This document shows, in pieces, positions 1 to 11,700 of a stretch of 64,000 bases of DNA. Where the stretch lies: NCBI GenBank assembly GCA_964019425.1, contig OZ025787.1, positions 1,054,001-1,118,000 of the forward strand. Direction: 5' to 3'. The notes under the pieces were generated by a model, which was given only the letters and a program-made list of their open reading frames with translations, was not told where the DNA came from and ran no database searches. This DNA comes from Flectonema sp. DT1601. Lineage: Eukaryota. The first letter of the stretch is position 1. The number at the start of each line of letters is the position of its first letter. The translations under genes and the position numbers were made by a program.

Positions 1-1801
1 ACGCAAGCTCCTCTCCCATTTGCTTATTGACTTCTCTGTAACTTCGCATTGAATTGAGAGCATCTGTTTCAGACTGATGAGAACACAGACTGGCTGACAG
101 GTCTTGTCGAGACTGTAACTCTCTCGCTTTTAATAATAAATCTGGGAAGTCATCCGTCGGTAGTGACAGTGTAAAGAACTCTTTCTTTGGTGCAGGACCA
201 TGTCTGCTATAAAAGGCCTCCGCCAGAACAGCATCACACTCACGGAGATACTCTCCAACTTCTTTGCCTTTATTCCAAACAGAAAAATCTGCCTCATATC
301 TTTGATGTGCCTCTTGCTTTGCTCGTTGATATTTTGCAGTTGCCGACACGATTACGTTATGTCTTACTAAGGAAGAAACTTTTTCAATACCGTAATGTTT
401 CTTTTTACGCTCTTGTGAGAACAACTTCTGTTCACAGGCCAGGAACTTAAGATGGTTAAAAAGTAATCTTATACGATACAACCTGGTTCTTTTTTTATAG
501 AATCGCTGCACCTTTTGCACACTAAATATGTAGGTGGCAATAGCCTTCTTGAAGTAAGCAGCATTTGTAAGTATTCGTAAGGCTTTTAGAATTAATACAA
601 CGCTGCTATGTTTGTTTCGGATTCTTATATAAAGTCTGCATGCCATAGATGTTGTCGTTGCTGCTTGTTTGAACATCTCTAGACGGTTGTCAGTCTTTTG
701 TAAAGGAGTCCGAAAACTATTAAAATCACGTCGACTCGGAGATCCCAATGATTTGAACGATTGCTGAGATTCTCCTTCTAATTCAAAGTGGGGCTGTACA
801 TTTGTTTTTATCATTCTTTCGAAAAGTGTCGCAATTTGAACATGAATGACGATAATATTCAGTCCAGCAACTCTCCTTTCTCGGATGCTGCGAGTTTCTG
901 GATCCCGTTTCTGACTTTTTTTGTGAATCCTTTTCATATTTAAAACATGCTTCTTATCGATACCTTCTTTATTACGACGGACATTATCAGCGTGAAGCTG
1001 TCGCTCTCTGGGACTACGATATGTTCTGAGGGATGTAGTGACAGGAGGTACTGGTAAGATCCCCTTTTGCAATTCAACTATTCGATTCCTCTCAGACTTT
1101 GTTAATTGAAACTGCTTCCATTCATTATTAACCTGAAACGTATTATCAATTACGGAGGTGTCATTCAGTGTTGGTCCTAATTCAGTTTCTGATTGAGAAT
1201 CTGTAGACATATTCATATGAATTACATCTGAAGACCACTGCGACACAACTCTATTAGAAAGACTCTGACGTTGAATTCGATTGCGCGAACCGTCAGTGAC
1301 AATTAAAGTATTGAACTCGTCGGATGTTTCTGAAGAGTCTCTCACTTCGATTCCAATAATATTCGCATGTTGTGTTAAAGGTGACATACAACGTGTCTGA
1401 ATTCTATTGTGAGATAACGAATCTAGTTCCTTATTAAATACCTCAACACGATAATTTATTGCCGTCGATGTACAAAACTCATCTCCAGCAGCTTTCTGCG
1501 TCGCGACAGACAACAGATCATAACCATGTGCTGTATTAATATTTATCGGCTCAGCCAGTGAAACTGATTGACAGCTATTAAGCAAAGCCCCCAACCAGGA
1601 ACTTTGTTGAGGTAGATTTCTTGTTTCAGTAGTGTCTTTTTTAATTAAGGGTGCTTTGGTTTTTTTAATTTCCGACATTTTCTTGAATCCGAATCCCAAA
1701 CACAACTTATCCGCAACAGACGTCAGTCTTACCCCGGGTGGCCTACGACGCTTACTTACTTTACGTTTGCATGGAGGTGATGGTATAATAATACTTTCCA
1801 T
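1..1801 (-). CDS. Hypothetical protein, 3' end outside the window (>=600 aa)
   Basis: Hand translation gives an open frame from ATG 1801 (MESIIIPSPPCKRKVSKRRR...) to position 2 with no stop. It is absent from the ORF track because its stop lies outside the window. An in-frame stop lies just upstream of the ATG. Confidence 0.8.
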   Translation of the reverse strand, partial: MESIIIPSPPCKRKVSKRRRPPGVRLTSVADKLCLGFGFKKMSEIKKTKAPLIKKDTTETRNLPQQSSWLGALLNSCQSVSLAEPININTAHGYDLLSVATQKAAGDEFCTSTAINYRVEVFNKELDSLSHNRIQTRCMSPLTQHANIIGIEVRDSSETSDEFNTLIVTDGSRNRIQRQSLSNRVVSQWSSDVIHMNMSTDSQSETELGPTLNDTSVIDNTFQVNNEWKQFQLTKSERNRIVELQKGILPVPPVTTSLRTYRSPRERQLHADNVRRNKEGIDKKHVLNMKRIHKKSQKRDPETRSIRERRVAGLNIIVIHVQIATLFERMIKTNVQPHFELEGESQQSFKSLGSPSRRDFNSFRTPLQKTDNRLEMFKQAATTTSMACRLYIRIRNKHSSVVLILKALRILTNAAYFKKAIATYIFSVQKVQRFYKKRTRLYRIRLLFNHLKFLACEQKLFSQERKKKHYGIEKVSSLVRHNVIVSATAKYQRAKQEAHQRYEADFSVWNKGKEVGEYLRECDAVLAEAFYSRHGPAPKKEFFTLSLPTDDFPDLLLKARELQSRQDLSASLCSHQSETDALNSMRSYREVNKQMGEELA

Positions 1802-2048
1802 AACTAAGTGGGTTCCGTTCCTTACCAACTATCATCCCAACGCATACAGTAATAAGCTGCTGGAGGAATATGTGTATAATAATAACACGACAATTAGTTG
1901 AAAGGGGGGCCAGACACCCAACGGAACGACACGCAATGTCCATAACAAACCGACAAAAAAAAATTTTAAAAAAAAAATAAAAATAATAAGCGGAGAAGAC
2001 AGCCGTAACAAAAATGTATAACTTTATCGTGACAAGGTTCGTGTTCCT

Positions 2049-2858
2049 TTATTGTCCTACCCAGGTTCCTTCCTTTATTATCTGATTATCACCTTCATCA
2101 ATAAGGGATAACCCAGTGAGGTTACCCAGTATTGAAAGAAATTGTTGTGATTGCTTAAGGCAGGAATCGAGTATAGCATCGTATGCTTCTGGAAAAGTCT
2201 TTTTTTCAGAGTGCATTAACACCCACACTACGCAAAAAAGAAAAAACGTAGTAAAAACAAACGAAAACACTGCGATAAGCTGAGTGATGGTGTCTGTGTC
2301 ATCATCGTAGTTGTCGCAAGTGATTGTGTTCCATTTTAATAGTTCAGTAAGAAGGTCGACATGACAGTCTTGATAACGAATAGTATCAAGTGTTTCTATC
2401 ACAGGGATTGCTTCTTCAATTAAAGTTTCATCAGCCATACGTAGTCCTCCCTCTAATGGTTCATAACACTCACCAACACTGAGAGGAACAGGGCAATCCA
2501 TAGCTAAACAACAGTGTAGTAAGTCTTCTAGAGTTACTCCACTCTTTTGTATTAAAAATAACGCCGTGTTTCTGTTCATCTCTCCCCCATTTTTCGCTTT
2601 TAACTTTGCTGCTGCTTCAAGTAAAGTTTCAACTTTCCATCTTCCTTTATGTTCGTCGTATCTCTTGCTGCGTTCGTCTTTTCTTCGAGGGAGTGGCAGC
2701 CCTTTTCCTGTTCCTTGATCTGCAGTGTCAGTACCCATCTCACATGTCTTTGTCTTCTTCCTTGGTCGTCGTTGACCGATAGTTGAAGACTTCACATCAC
2801 CAGATTTCTGAAATCGAACTTTCTTAATATCTCTTGTTGCGACTTCTTCGAACTGCAT
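2049..2858 (-). CDS. Hypothetical protein with one C-terminal transmembrane helix
   Basis: ORF 2049..2912. First ATG at 2858 (MQFEEV...) follows an AG at 2863-2864. Hydrophobic stretch LIAVFSFVFTTFFLFCVVWVLM. Confidence 0.7.
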   Translation of the reverse strand: MQFEEVATRDIKKVRFQKSGDVKSSTIGQRRPRKKTKTCEMGTDTADQGTGKGLPLPRRKDERSKRYDEHKGRWKVETLLEAAAKLKAKNGGEMNRNTALFLIQKSGVTLEDLLHCCLAMDCPVPLSVGECYEPLEGGLRMADETLIEEAIPVIETLDTIRYQDCHVDLLTELLKWNTITCDNYDDDTDTITQLIAVFSFVFTTFFLFCVVWVLMHSEKKTFPEAYDAILDSCLKQSQQFLSILGNLTGLSLIDEGDNQIIKEGTWVGQ

Positions 2859-3334
2859 ATTGCTGTATATCCACAAGGGGGTGAAACTTTGACAATGTAA
2901 AAACAGTAACAACTTTAGGGTATTAAAACAAAATTAATATCAATGTACTTGACTGAAAAATATTTGTAGTTGTTAATCAAAGAAATTACGTTTAGAAAAA
3001 AGATATCTACAAGGGGATAGATAATTATAATGTTGACCAATGATACCGTCTTCTATGATGAAATGCCTACCTGTAATAGAAAGAAATACATTTTACGGAT
3101 TGCAACACACACCCACTAGTAGATAATAAACATAAAATAGCATTCTAAAATAACCTTTCTAAAGTAACAATAGTGGTTCGTTGTTTTGAAGAAGAAAAAA
3201 AAAAAATGGGGGGTTGGTGAGTGTGTCAGGGTGACGGTAAAAAGTTGGGGATTAAATCTAAATATAAAAAAAATCTCGTTTCTTTTTTTTAACAAAAAAC
3301 GATGAACTAATTATCCATTAATAAATGAATTTTA

Positions 3335-5201
3335 TTAATAATCAGACTCATCTTCACCAGCACCTTCCTGATATCTGTCAAGTTCTAGTTTTATAACGGC
3401 TGAGTCTCTTGGCTTAAGACCTAAGGCGAAAGTGAAGTACTGCAGAGCTTTACTCCTGTCTCCTAGCTTCTTGTATACTCTTGCTAGGAGTAGGTTAACT
3501 TTTGGTTCACGTGGTGCTGTTCCAAGAAGGGAAATTGCAACCTCCTTTGCCGCATTCAAACGACCACGTTTAAGTAAAATCTCACCCTGTCTAAGTCGTG
3601 CTAATGCGTGGTCAGGATGCTTTTCTAGGACACGATTTACGACAGTGAAAGCCTTGTCGACACAACCAGGGTTTACCTCCTCCTGTTTTTTTATTTTCTT
3701 TTTTTTGTCTTTTTTGATAAAACCAACATTCACGACACACAACAACTAACAACACATACCATCAAAGCGTTAGCATAAGCCAACATAATTGGAGGGTTTG
3801 GATTAATTCGAGTCGCTCGTTCAAAATGAACGACAGCCTCCTTCCAACGCTCTTGTTTCATAAAAACGGTACCAAGTCCATGCCAAGCAGCGTAGTGTTT
3901 TGAGTCTAGGTGAAGGGACATTCGAAAGCACTGTTTTGTGATAATAATATTAAGTGAATATTTCATTAAAAAAATAAAAAAAAATTTAAAAAAAACTGAC
4001 ATACTTGCGAAGCGTCCTCAAGCTCGTCGAGAACTAAATGCTCAAATCCCTTCAGAGTTGAAGCGTAGGGTTGTAATTTATCAATTTTAAAAGCCCGAGA
4101 TAGAAATTGAATCGCCGTATCATGTTCACCAACAACAGAATGAGTATTTCCTAATACGATCTGTGTTATATCAGATAGCTTATCCAAATGAATTAATTCT
4201 TGCGCCAAATGAGCGAGTTTCTTTTCATCACGGAGCTGCCACAAACACGATGAGTAGAATGCAAGTTTTCTATCCAGTCTGTACGGTTCTGCGCTACGTA
4301 AACGTCGAAATACCTGAGCTGCTTCAGCATAAAGTCCATCATCGTAGTATGATTTAGCTAGTAGACCTAATACGTAGCCACTCTCTTTCTGTTCGAGTGG
4401 TAGGTTATTGATTTTTTGAACCGCAGTCGGCATGTTATAAGAGTAACATGCCGATAATATTTTTGTCATGTCCAACAGGAGCTGTTGGAGTTGTACCGGA
4501 AGAAAGTTTCCTACTAAAGAGGATTCGACTGACTTTGCTGATGGAGTGCTATGAATTATCTGAGAACCAATACCAGAAGTGGTACATGTTTGCCTTCCCG
4601 GTGTTGTCAAGTTGGCATCACAATGCAGAGATGGTGAAGCATTCAGTGATTGATCGTGATTTGTGGAAGTATTGGATTTTGGTGTCAACAATGTATCAAA
4701 ATTAGTATCTGGTCGTAGAGTTAAATATCTCTCAATAGCAGACCAATTATAAGGAAACTCCTGAATACTTCTTCCGTAACATTCAAGTGACATAGTTTCA
4801 CGTTTCGTGTTGGTACATATAACACCAATCCAGTACTTTACTGCTGATATTTGAATTGGACTCATAGTTTTGAGGTGGCCGCGTTTCTGTAAGTCCATCA
4901 ATACTCGTTCTGCCGCCAAAAACTTTTCCGCTCTAGCAAGTGTTACCCCATAGAGATACAACAGCTTTCCCATAGCGTGATGCTTATTTACAGGTGAAAA
5001 GTGTTCAATAAAGGGGTAATGGTTCTTCATTAAATTTATAGCTGTATTCGAATCTCCCGATTTCAGGTGTACATTTGCCAATGTATAAAGACTTTCTGGT
5101 GTCCCCTCTGCCGCATGTAAACGCTCAGCATAGAACAGCGCGTTCTCATAAAGCAACAACTCTACATTTTCATTTATTAAGTTTTCTATTGATGTTGTCA
5201 T
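3335..5201 (-). CDS. CDC27: Anaphase-promoting complex TPR subunit CDC27/APC3 (3 exons)
   Basis: N-terminal 'LYENALFYAERLHA', then 'PYRL..LAFYSSCLWQL' and 'HYAAWHGLGTVFMKQE' plus TPRs. Exons 5201-4005, 3930-3760, 3682-3335 join in frame via introns 3931..4004 and 3683..3759 (GTATGT...AAAACAG). Confidence 0.9.
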
Positions 5202-5275
5202 TGCACCCGTCTGTTTGTAAGAAAGTAATGTAATGAAGTTAAAAAGGGGATTTCTTGGTGGATTGGTTAAGGAAC

Positions 5276-7378
5276 TCACAGAGAGTGTGTAAATAAATTA
5301 CGCTTTTTAAAGTAAGTATCGCTACTAGAAGGGGGTCGTGGTATGTAATTTGATGAAATGACACCTCTACTAGTTTCAAAAGACTTATCCATCATTATAT
5401 CTTTCAGTCGATCTGCTTCTCTTGCGGGAATGGGTTTGCCAATTCCGAGATCTTCTCCTTCAAGCATAGTAAGTTGATGTTTAATTTGATCCAATAGAGT
5501 GCGGGCATCAGATGGTGTGTTGGTTGTTGGTTGTATTATCGCTGTTGTAGTTGTTCTTTGATACTGATCACGAAGGATAGAAATCTCTGATGGAAATAAA
5601 TATGACAACCTCGAAAGACTATTTCCCGAGATCGTGTAAACTATTAAACTGCAATCATCTTTGTTGTCATTCCACATAATTTGTCCAATGCGATTTCCTG
5701 GAGAGTCAAGAGACGACTGTCCTGGTTCTAAAAAATACTTTTTCTCACCACCTCCAAACCGAATACCATACGAAACACAACCAGACACTACGTGAATAAA
5801 TGAATCTCTTTCTATAATAATTTTTCTCGGAGGAGTGTCAAATTCTACTCTCTCACAATGAGACAATAATGATTTTCTAAAATCACATGTAATTCTCCGA
5901 AGAGATTTATCCCATAGAGAATGCTGAACGAATTCCTTTATGCCTCTAATTTCATATTTTCGAGTCTTTGCTAACTCCACAATAACATTATACAAAGATG
6001 GTACAATATTAATCATTTTAGTAAACCCTTCTTTGCTTAACTGAATTAGAATGCAATTTGATTTCGCGGATACGGTGCAATTTCGAGAGGCTTTAAAGAA
6101 AGAAGCCGACTCTCCAACAACACCTTCAGAAATAGTTGTGATATAGCTATCATTATGAGTTACGTCAACTTCACCAGACACTATAAAATACATGTCACTA
6201 CAGTCTTGTGAATTTTGTTCCATTAGGATGTCTCCCGAACGGCAGTGTTTTGCCATTAAATGTCTCGCAAATTGCCTTTTGAATTCTTCTCCAAATTCAG
6301 TTCCGTTTCTATATTCACACAACAAATTATGCATTGGTAGTAATCTCGTCATTGTGTATTCTTCTAACCTTGCTCTTGCTAATTTTTTTATTACTTCTAA
6401 TTGGCTTGGAAATGCTGTCATCGTCTTCCCATGAAATGCCTCAGAAATGAGGATGGAACACTTAACGTTTGTTATTGCGACGCAAGTTGCAGTTCTGTAT
6501 GTTGGAAATAGTAGGGCTATCTCTCCAAAGAAATCACCCTCCTCAAGAGTCGCTACAACGATGCCTGATTGGACTATGTTAACTCTTCCCTTGGTGATGA
6601 AATACATTTCACTGGCAGGTTTGGTTGCGTGACAAATTATTTCTGATTTGTTATATTCTCGTATCGGGAGTGGTGTGATCAGTTGTGTTAGAAATTGATT
6701 ACTTCTAACAAACAATTGATTCCTAACTTCAACTCTCTTTGTATTTACCGCCACAGGATTAGTCAGACTTGAGTACGCTACTTTATTATCCTCTGTGACA
6801 CTGACATCTGTATCACGAAGAAGTTGTTCCCTATCTTTCAAAGCTTGTGAGACAGGATTATGTCCAAGTATTTCCCATCCATAAGCATCATCATCATTGT
6901 TTTCACAATCTCTGCTGTTGTGAAACTTTCTTGGTATGAAGTACCGAGCTAGTTGGACGTATTTACTGTCGACTGTTACTTTTATTTGGTCGAGAAGCTC
7001 ACGTGCCTCTACAAGTTTTTCAGATAAGTGTTCATTTTGAAGCTGAACTTGGCGTTGTTCCTTCTCAAGAAGTGCGATTGCTGCGTTATGACGAATCATA
7101 TTATCAGTGTGAGAGTTAACAAGAAACAATTGATCTCGAGTGTGAGTATCTATTCTGTCTTGAGTTGTGACTAGCATTGATCTTAAAAGTGAACATTTGT
7201 GGGTATCAACTTCAACTCGTATTCTTAATTCAGATTGTCCAGATGATTCACTTTTTGATTTGCTTCTTGAAGAAGTGTAACTTCTTCTTGAGCTTGTCTC
7301 CAGTCCATGAATCATGTCACTCGTCGTGGATCTACTCGCAGTGGTTGCTTGAGATCCATGTTTCCTTCTTGAAGGCAT
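5276..7378 (-). CDS. Cyclic-nucleotide-binding (CNB) domain protein with N-terminal coiled coil
   Basis: 700-aa ORF. CNB motifs 'MYFITKGRV...EGDFFGEIALLFPTYRTATCVA' and 'MYFIVSGEV...VVGESASFFKASRNCTVSA', plus a probable third degenerate repeat. Confidence 0.85.
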   Translation of the reverse strand: MPSRRKHGSQATTASRSTTSDMIHGLETSSRRSYTSSRSKSKSESSGQSELRIRVEVDTHKCSLLRSMLVTTQDRIDTHTRDQLFLVNSHTDNMIRHNAAIALLEKEQRQVQLQNEHLSEKLVEARELLDQIKVTVDSKYVQLARYFIPRKFHNSRDCENNDDDAYGWEILGHNPVSQALKDREQLLRDTDVSVTEDNKVAYSSLTNPVAVNTKRVEVRNQLFVRSNQFLTQLITPLPIREYNKSEIICHATKPASEMYFITKGRVNIVQSGIVVATLEEGDFFGEIALLFPTYRTATCVAITNVKCSILISEAFHGKTMTAFPSQLEVIKKLARARLEEYTMTRLLPMHNLLCEYRNGTEFGEEFKRQFARHLMAKHCRSGDILMEQNSQDCSDMYFIVSGEVDVTHNDSYITTISEGVVGESASFFKASRNCTVSAKSNCILIQLSKEGFTKMINIVPSLYNVIVELAKTRKYEIRGIKEFVQHSLWDKSLRRITCDFRKSLLSHCERVEFDTPPRKIIIERDSFIHVVSGCVSYGIRFGGGEKKYFLEPGQSSLDSPGNRIGQIMWNDNKDDCSLIVYTISGNSLSRLSYLFPSEISILRDQYQRTTTTAIIQPTTNTPSDARTLLDQIKHQLTMLEGEDLGIGKPIPAREADRLKDIMMDKSFETSRGVISSNYIPRPPSSSDTYFKKRNLFTHSL

Positions 7379-8791
7379 TGTATCACACTATTCATAGAGG
7401 ACTGTTAATTTGTTTAAGAAAAATAATATGTAAAAATCAGTAATTTCTTACAAACTGTCAAGAGAAAAACAAACGCATCTGGAAAGCTGAGGTTAAAGAG
7501 GGGGGAAAAATTAATAATTTTAATGACACACATGGCTGTCACAGAAATAATCATAGGCATAACCGCGTCTATATTAAATACCGTTAAAGGTGATTACATG
7601 CAAAAAGGGGAAATGGGAAGTTGTGGAAAAGTGAATTCTATTTTGTGTCACAAAATGATTGACAAAAGGAAAAAAAGAAATTGCATTAAAAAAAAAATAA
7701 TAATAAAAACAGCTACAGAACTTCTAAGAAAATGCCGACATGAAAATGACAAAAATAATTTTTTTTTTTTTTTTTTTTCTTGCTGCTAAACGTTAGGTTT
7801 AAAAAACAAAAATTAAAAAATATCCGACAAGCTAACTGTGAGAGTTCTAAAGACAAAAAAATATATAAACCAAATAATAGAATGCAGAAACACCGTTTGT
7901 ACCATATAACATAAACTAACGAAGAGAAGGTTTCTTTTTTTATATTTTTTTTTTACCGAAAAAAACTAATCAGTTTTCAATCACTCAATACACAAAGGTT
8001 GTGAAAAATCACGGAATTTCGTTCAGTTTTTTTTTTCTTTTTTTTCTTGAAAAAAAAAAGAAACAGAACAAAATCCACCAGTGAAATAATAACTGAGAGA
8101 GCAAATTGTCTGTTTTCGGTAAAATCAAAAACGGTAGTCGTAATTCAAGAACACCGTTTGTAAGACATATCTATGACAAGATAGAAGGGGGAAAAAAAGA
8201 AAAAACATTCAGATAATAGCCTTTATGTTTTGTTGATCACAGACAGTATTACTGACAGCATAGGCTCTTAATCCGAATGGTTTCTTCTCCGACTTCAAGA
8301 AGAAAAAAAAAGAAAAAAAAAACTAAAGAACTCTAATATAAAGAGGGAATATCTAATCCAAAAAAAAAAAAAAAAAAAAAACTGGTCGTCCATCTAATAA
8401 TAGCAGCAAGTATCAATCGACACACAAGGTTCGACAAATTGGTATTTCCAACTCTGATACTGCAGTTAACAATACTTGGTGATGTAAATAAGAACAAGAG
8501 TAACACCAAGACTTGGGATAATGTAATAAGTCGTTGCATTTATTTCACACAACAAAACTAACAGTAAAAACATTAAGTTAAGGATACAGTGACTGAATTG
8601 GTAGGAAGGGAACTAACTCTTTTACAGAGAACGTAACAAACAGTAGACATACAGAATATAGAAGACGTGCCCATCTGACCAACCTTTCGGAGGCTAGAAC
8701 AGCACATTTACTTCAGGACAGCAGAAAGTATGGTCCGGGAAAAGAAACTAAAGCCTAAGAATTCAGCACAATACCACTCTTGAATTGTCGA

Positions 8792-11700
8792 CTAGTGTAG
8801 CATACAATTCTCACACTTTCGGATGCTGTTGGGAAGTTATTTTGTTTAAGAAACAATACCGAAAAAAGGTTTTACTTAACAAAGATAAATTACATACTCA
8901 GTCTGATGAGGACACGCGACTATCTTCGGGGTATCAGATGAAGTACTCTTTCTTGTTGTCGGATGTTCCACAATTTGAAGTGGTTCAGAAGGCGGTGTTA
9001 CTTTTCGTGGCGTAGAAAACGGTTTTTTCACCTCATTACGCACTTCTTTAGACGCCTTTTTACGACGAGAAGAACTTCGACTGGACTTCTTGCCAGCAGA
9101 AGAGCGACTGGCCGGCGCGCTACTACGACTGCGAGAAGTTGTATTCAATTCAGTTGTGGTTTTCTTTGTTGGTTTTGATCGACGAGAGCTGCTGGACTTG
9201 TGAGAGCGAGAAACGGATTTTTTTGATACTTTTTGTGAACTGTCAGTTGAATCACTCGATGAACTCGAACTACTAGATTCAGATTCCTCAACAGATACTT
9301 TATTAACACTGTGGATCTCATCTTCAACATAATTACCAAGCATGTGTAAGTTAGTAAATGTGTTGTTATCCGTGGTGACTGTTCCTTTTTGAGGTGTAAA
9401 TCTTTTATTAAAGTTTCTGTCAGTAATTGATCCTGGAATCTCTTGATTTGTATCATTAAGAGTCGGAGGTAACGTTGTATTGTAGCGAACTGTTTCTAAT
9501 TCACCATTCGCATTTTCTTGAATCTTTATCCAGCTGTTCTCATTGTAATCAGGTGATGGCTGTCTGATAGTTGTGCTCACAAAAGCACTTTTAGCTGGTC
9601 CAACGTTTACGTTAATCTCTTCGTCACCTCCCCTACGAGGTACGAGAACAATCGCAACTATTACAACAAGACCAAGAACTACAACACAAACGATAACGAT
9701 AATATGAACAACACAAAACTGATTAGAACAATCATCATCATTAGTAACGATTACAGGTACAAGTGTTGGAATGGTTGCTGTTGGTGGAATTTCAGTTGGG
9801 ACCGCAGTTGGATTCACATCCAACACGTCGATGGCATTGCAATTAGTCGTTAAAACCATTCCTCTGACGGTCGTTAATTTTATTTCAACGACATAAGATC
9901 CGACTCGAATAGCCGATAAATCTGTAACAATCCAAGAAGAACTATTAGTCATGGTCACCGTACCAAACTGTAACCCATCAACTGGACCAGATATAATAGC
10001 CAGCGTTAGATTAGAATTGTCTGATATGACTACATCATTAGGTAGGGCGGTCACGGTAATAGAATCTCTCCCAGCCATAAAAGCTTCATTTACTTTACTA
10101 GTAGCAGCAGTCGTACATAATAAACTTAACGGTTCAGAGACTGTACTTTGTAAAGTGTTAGTGTCAACGACTGTTGTCGAAGTACTTTCTAAATTTAGAA
10201 GTGGAGCAGTAGATGTTTGATCAGCCATTTGATAACAAATTTGAATATCTTCAGCTCCCAACACGATTGGGAACACTGCTACTGTACCTGCGTCATTAAC
10301 GTTTTCTGCGACAGTTTGAATAGACGACTCAGTAGTTGAGACCAATCCACCTGTAATGCAACTTCCCATGTTTGCTTTTGCAATGCTCAGCTGATCAAAT
10401 CGAGTCAACCCATCACCCACAACAGTTAATTTCTTAGTGTTGTTGTTATAAGTAAATCCCTGCATTCCACCAGATGAAATATCAATAGCAGCCAGGAATC
10501 GATCGGTTGCCCCACATGCGACAACAGCTGTTTCCGTTTTATTATTCGGAAATGAAAATCTGTATTCACCACTAAGAGAACTTAATAACATAACCCAAGG
10601 TTCATTTTCTGTTGTGGAAGTAACTCCGTTGCAAAGAAGCATTGCTGCTGTTTGATATTGTTGAGAAGATATGCGACCTGATATTCGATCTTCGTAGAGG
10701 TTTTGAGCTGATTTAATAATAACAGCAGACGTTGCGAGTGATATGTACCTTCTATTAGTCTCTAACTGAACTCCGTTACCATAAGTCAGAAGTGTTACTA
10801 TTGATCCACCTACTCTGGGATTACCGGTTACCATTATTTCATTCGGAAGTTGTTCCGAAATTACAAAAGTCGATTGTAAAGTTGCCACAAACTGAGGATC
10901 GTGATAACAAAATTTAAACGTTCCGGTGGAATTCACTCTTACAGTAAATGACACCGTCGGATTACTTTGAGTAATCAGAAATCCTAAGTTACCAAATTCT
11001 GTTATCGATCTGTTGGCGCAATTATCAGTCGACTGAATGACAGATACGAAAGCGTTCTCTTTCCAACTGCTGTAGTTGTATGTGAGAGTGACGTCGAATC
11101 CTTCTAAGGTAGATATTGTGTTTCCTTTTTTTGGACTTTCCCAGTCAGGAAAGTGTGCATTTCGGATCATAATGTCACAACCATCATTTAAAGTACAGCC
11201 ACTGGTATAGAAAGGCGTTGTAACCCAATCCTGAAGTGTTCTTCGTTTATAACACGCCTTGTATCTGCCGGGTGATTTAAATAAAACATCCATTTGAGAT
11301 GCTCCATTTTCAGCAGCATACAAAAAACTTTGAAACTCAACATTTTGACTATTCGAAGGTGATTCGGAAACAGCAGGACAATCAACCCCCCCATCAACTA
11401 TTGTGATTTGATCATATTCAGTAAGTGGAAGGATCGGAGTATCGAATGGACCTTCTGCGGCAGGTGTCAGTCCCTTTCCTTTTAATGTTAAAGTAATTCT
11501 GTTATAAGCTCTGTCTTGAGGATCAGTATCAACACCTGACTTGATTTCTATTCCATAAGGATTTGGAAACACTTGTAAATCTTCAAAGAAAAGAATCTGT
11601 TCAGTCAGATGAGTATCCTGACGATATCTAATGTATCGAATCCGATAAGTCTCAGCCAGATTTAGAACTATTTCAAATATTGAAGAGCCATCATTCGCTA

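Noticed and set aside
5198..5279. CNB-CDC27 fusion protein by splicing
   Set aside because: The phase-2 donor joined to this acceptor puts CDC27 out of frame and reaches a stop after 3 codons.
7880..8165. AACACCGTTTGTA twice, and scattered AAACGG words in intergenic DNA
   Set aside because: The words are short, occur in both orientations, and cannot be separated from background without statistics.
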